The notes under the pieces are model-generated. The model searched no databases. It saw only the letters and a list, made by a program, of their open reading frames with translations, and was not told the origin of the DNA. This document shows, one piece after another, positions 63,215 to 64,000 of a DNA stretch of 64,000 nt. Positions within the stretch are counted from its first letter, which is position 1. Each line of letters starts with the position of its first letter. The stretch lies in the IMG/VR virus record IMGVR_UViG_3300045988_175656; one strand, given 5' to 3'. The translations under genes and the position numbers were made by a program. The stretch comes from a virus.

Positions 63215-64000
63215 TATTTTAATTCATTAATTTCATTATTTTCAAGTTCCATATTGGGTAATTTTTTTCTATCTTCTTTAAATGGATATTCTCTTTTTGC
63301 TAAGTTATACCAAGCAATACCTTCATTTGCATCAATAGTTGTTGTATATTGAGCCATTAAACTACCTTCTCTATTCAAAATATGCATATATCCAAATTTG
63401 GGTACTACATATATCTTCAATCCTTTATATGTTGCTCTTAATAAAAATTCATACCAGAATGCAACTTTTATTGATGGTTTTAGTCCACCAATTTTAATGA
63501 AGTCATTAACATCAAAAATAGCACCTGTCATATTAAAATCATATTTTGTTTCAAGACATTCACTATCAATAACACCAAGCTCATTCGAAAATGCACTAGC
63601 CCATACAATTTCATTACCAAATGAAATTAATTCTCCATTCTCGCTATTTCTATATTCGTTTAATGGCAAACAAATATTAATAGATGGGTCACAATTAAGA
63701 TACTGTGCCGCATTTTTAAACCATTTAGGTGCATAAGCATCATCAAATTCTAAAATAGAAAAATATTTAGTTTTACAGTTAGCTGCACCAAGATTAATTT
63801 GAGAACAGAAATCTGTTTCGCCATCATTTGATAGAATATCAATTCCTTTTACTTTACTTATTTTATTTTTTATTAATGAAACAATATCATTTTTTGCTAC
63901 AACGATAATAGATGTATTGTTATCATCATTTTCTTGTCTTTTAACACTTTCAATTGCATTCATTAATGAATTGCCAATAGTGTCATCATATTCATGTAAT
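63214..64000 (-). CDS. family-2-like glycosyltransferase (5' end outside window)
   Basis: The frame stays open past the listed ATG to the window edge (LHEYDDTIGNSLMNAIESVKRQ...). ...AIESVKRQ...IIVVAKND... and the FSILEFDDAY (DxD) pattern are GT2-like. Confidence 0.45.
   Translation of the reverse strand, partial: LHEYDDTIGNSLMNAIESVKRQENDDNNTSIIVVAKNDIVSLIKNKISKVKGIDILSNDGETDFCSQINLGAANCKTKYFSILEFDDAYAPKWFKNAAQYLNCDPSINICLPLNEYRNSENGELISFGNEIVWASAFSNELGVIDSECLETKYDFNMTGAIFDVNDFIKIGGLKPSIKVAFWYEFLLRATYKGLKIYVVPKFGYMHILNREGSLMAQYTTTIDANEGIAWYNLAKREYPFKEDRKKLPNMELENNEINELK

Noticed and set aside
1-64000. CRISPR arrays, tRNA or rRNA genes, integrase, transposase or prophage att sites.
   Set aside because: No regularly spaced direct repeats, no structured GC-rich RNA-gene-like islands in the intergenic gaps, and no recombinase motifs were seen in any ORF.

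Overview
AT-rich (roughly 30% GC by eye) dsDNA phage segment with no cellular housekeeping context. It is organised as alternating strand blocks. (i) 1-8027 (+): tail-fibre genes, including a fibre with a degenerate beta-solenoid repeat array and a C-terminal S74-type chaperone domain, followed by a 1201-aa protein of tandem Ig/BACON-like modules. (ii) 8071-22430 (-): replication and nucleotide metabolism. This includes a UvrD-like helicase interrupted by two LAGLIDADG inteins, an RNA-ligase-family enzyme, a CoaD-like adenylyltransferase, an insertion-bearing ThyA homologue, a P-loop kinase and an NAD-dependent DNA ligase. (iii) 22556-29262 (+): a ClpA/B/C-like double AAA+ unfoldase, an SLT-type lysin and a long repeat-containing fibre. 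(iv) 29259-36296 (-): an accessory block with a Nudix hydrolase, a complete BacNaV-type voltage-gated cation channel, a dNMP kinase, thioredoxin, a PTH2-type peptidyl-tRNA hydrolase and a ClpX lacking its zinc domain. (v) 36361-53928 (+): a T4-like head morphogenesis module (TerL, portal, gp21-like prohead protease, acidic scaffold, gp23-like major capsid protein). (vi) 53941-64000 (-): an NMNAT-like enzyme, PhoH, baseplate and central-spike candidates, a gp55-like late sigma factor and a GT2 glycosyltransferase that runs off the window. Nine to ten copies of GTATATTTGCA (the Bacteroidota TAnnTTTG -7 element) sit upstream of the non-structural operons. These argue for a Bacteroidota host and host-RNAP early transcription. 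I saw no tRNA, rRNA, CRISPR array, integrase or transposase. All family assignments come from motifs read by eye and recalled family signatures; no database search was run. The most unusual items are the phage-borne voltage-gated channel, the twin-intein helicase, a 171-nt in-frame insertion in thyA flanked by 15-bp direct repeats, an A-AAA-AAG -1 frameshift configuration joining two head-module ORFs, two ClpP-partner-type unfoldases without a ClpP, and a dispersed NAD/CoA adenylyl-cofactor toolkit.
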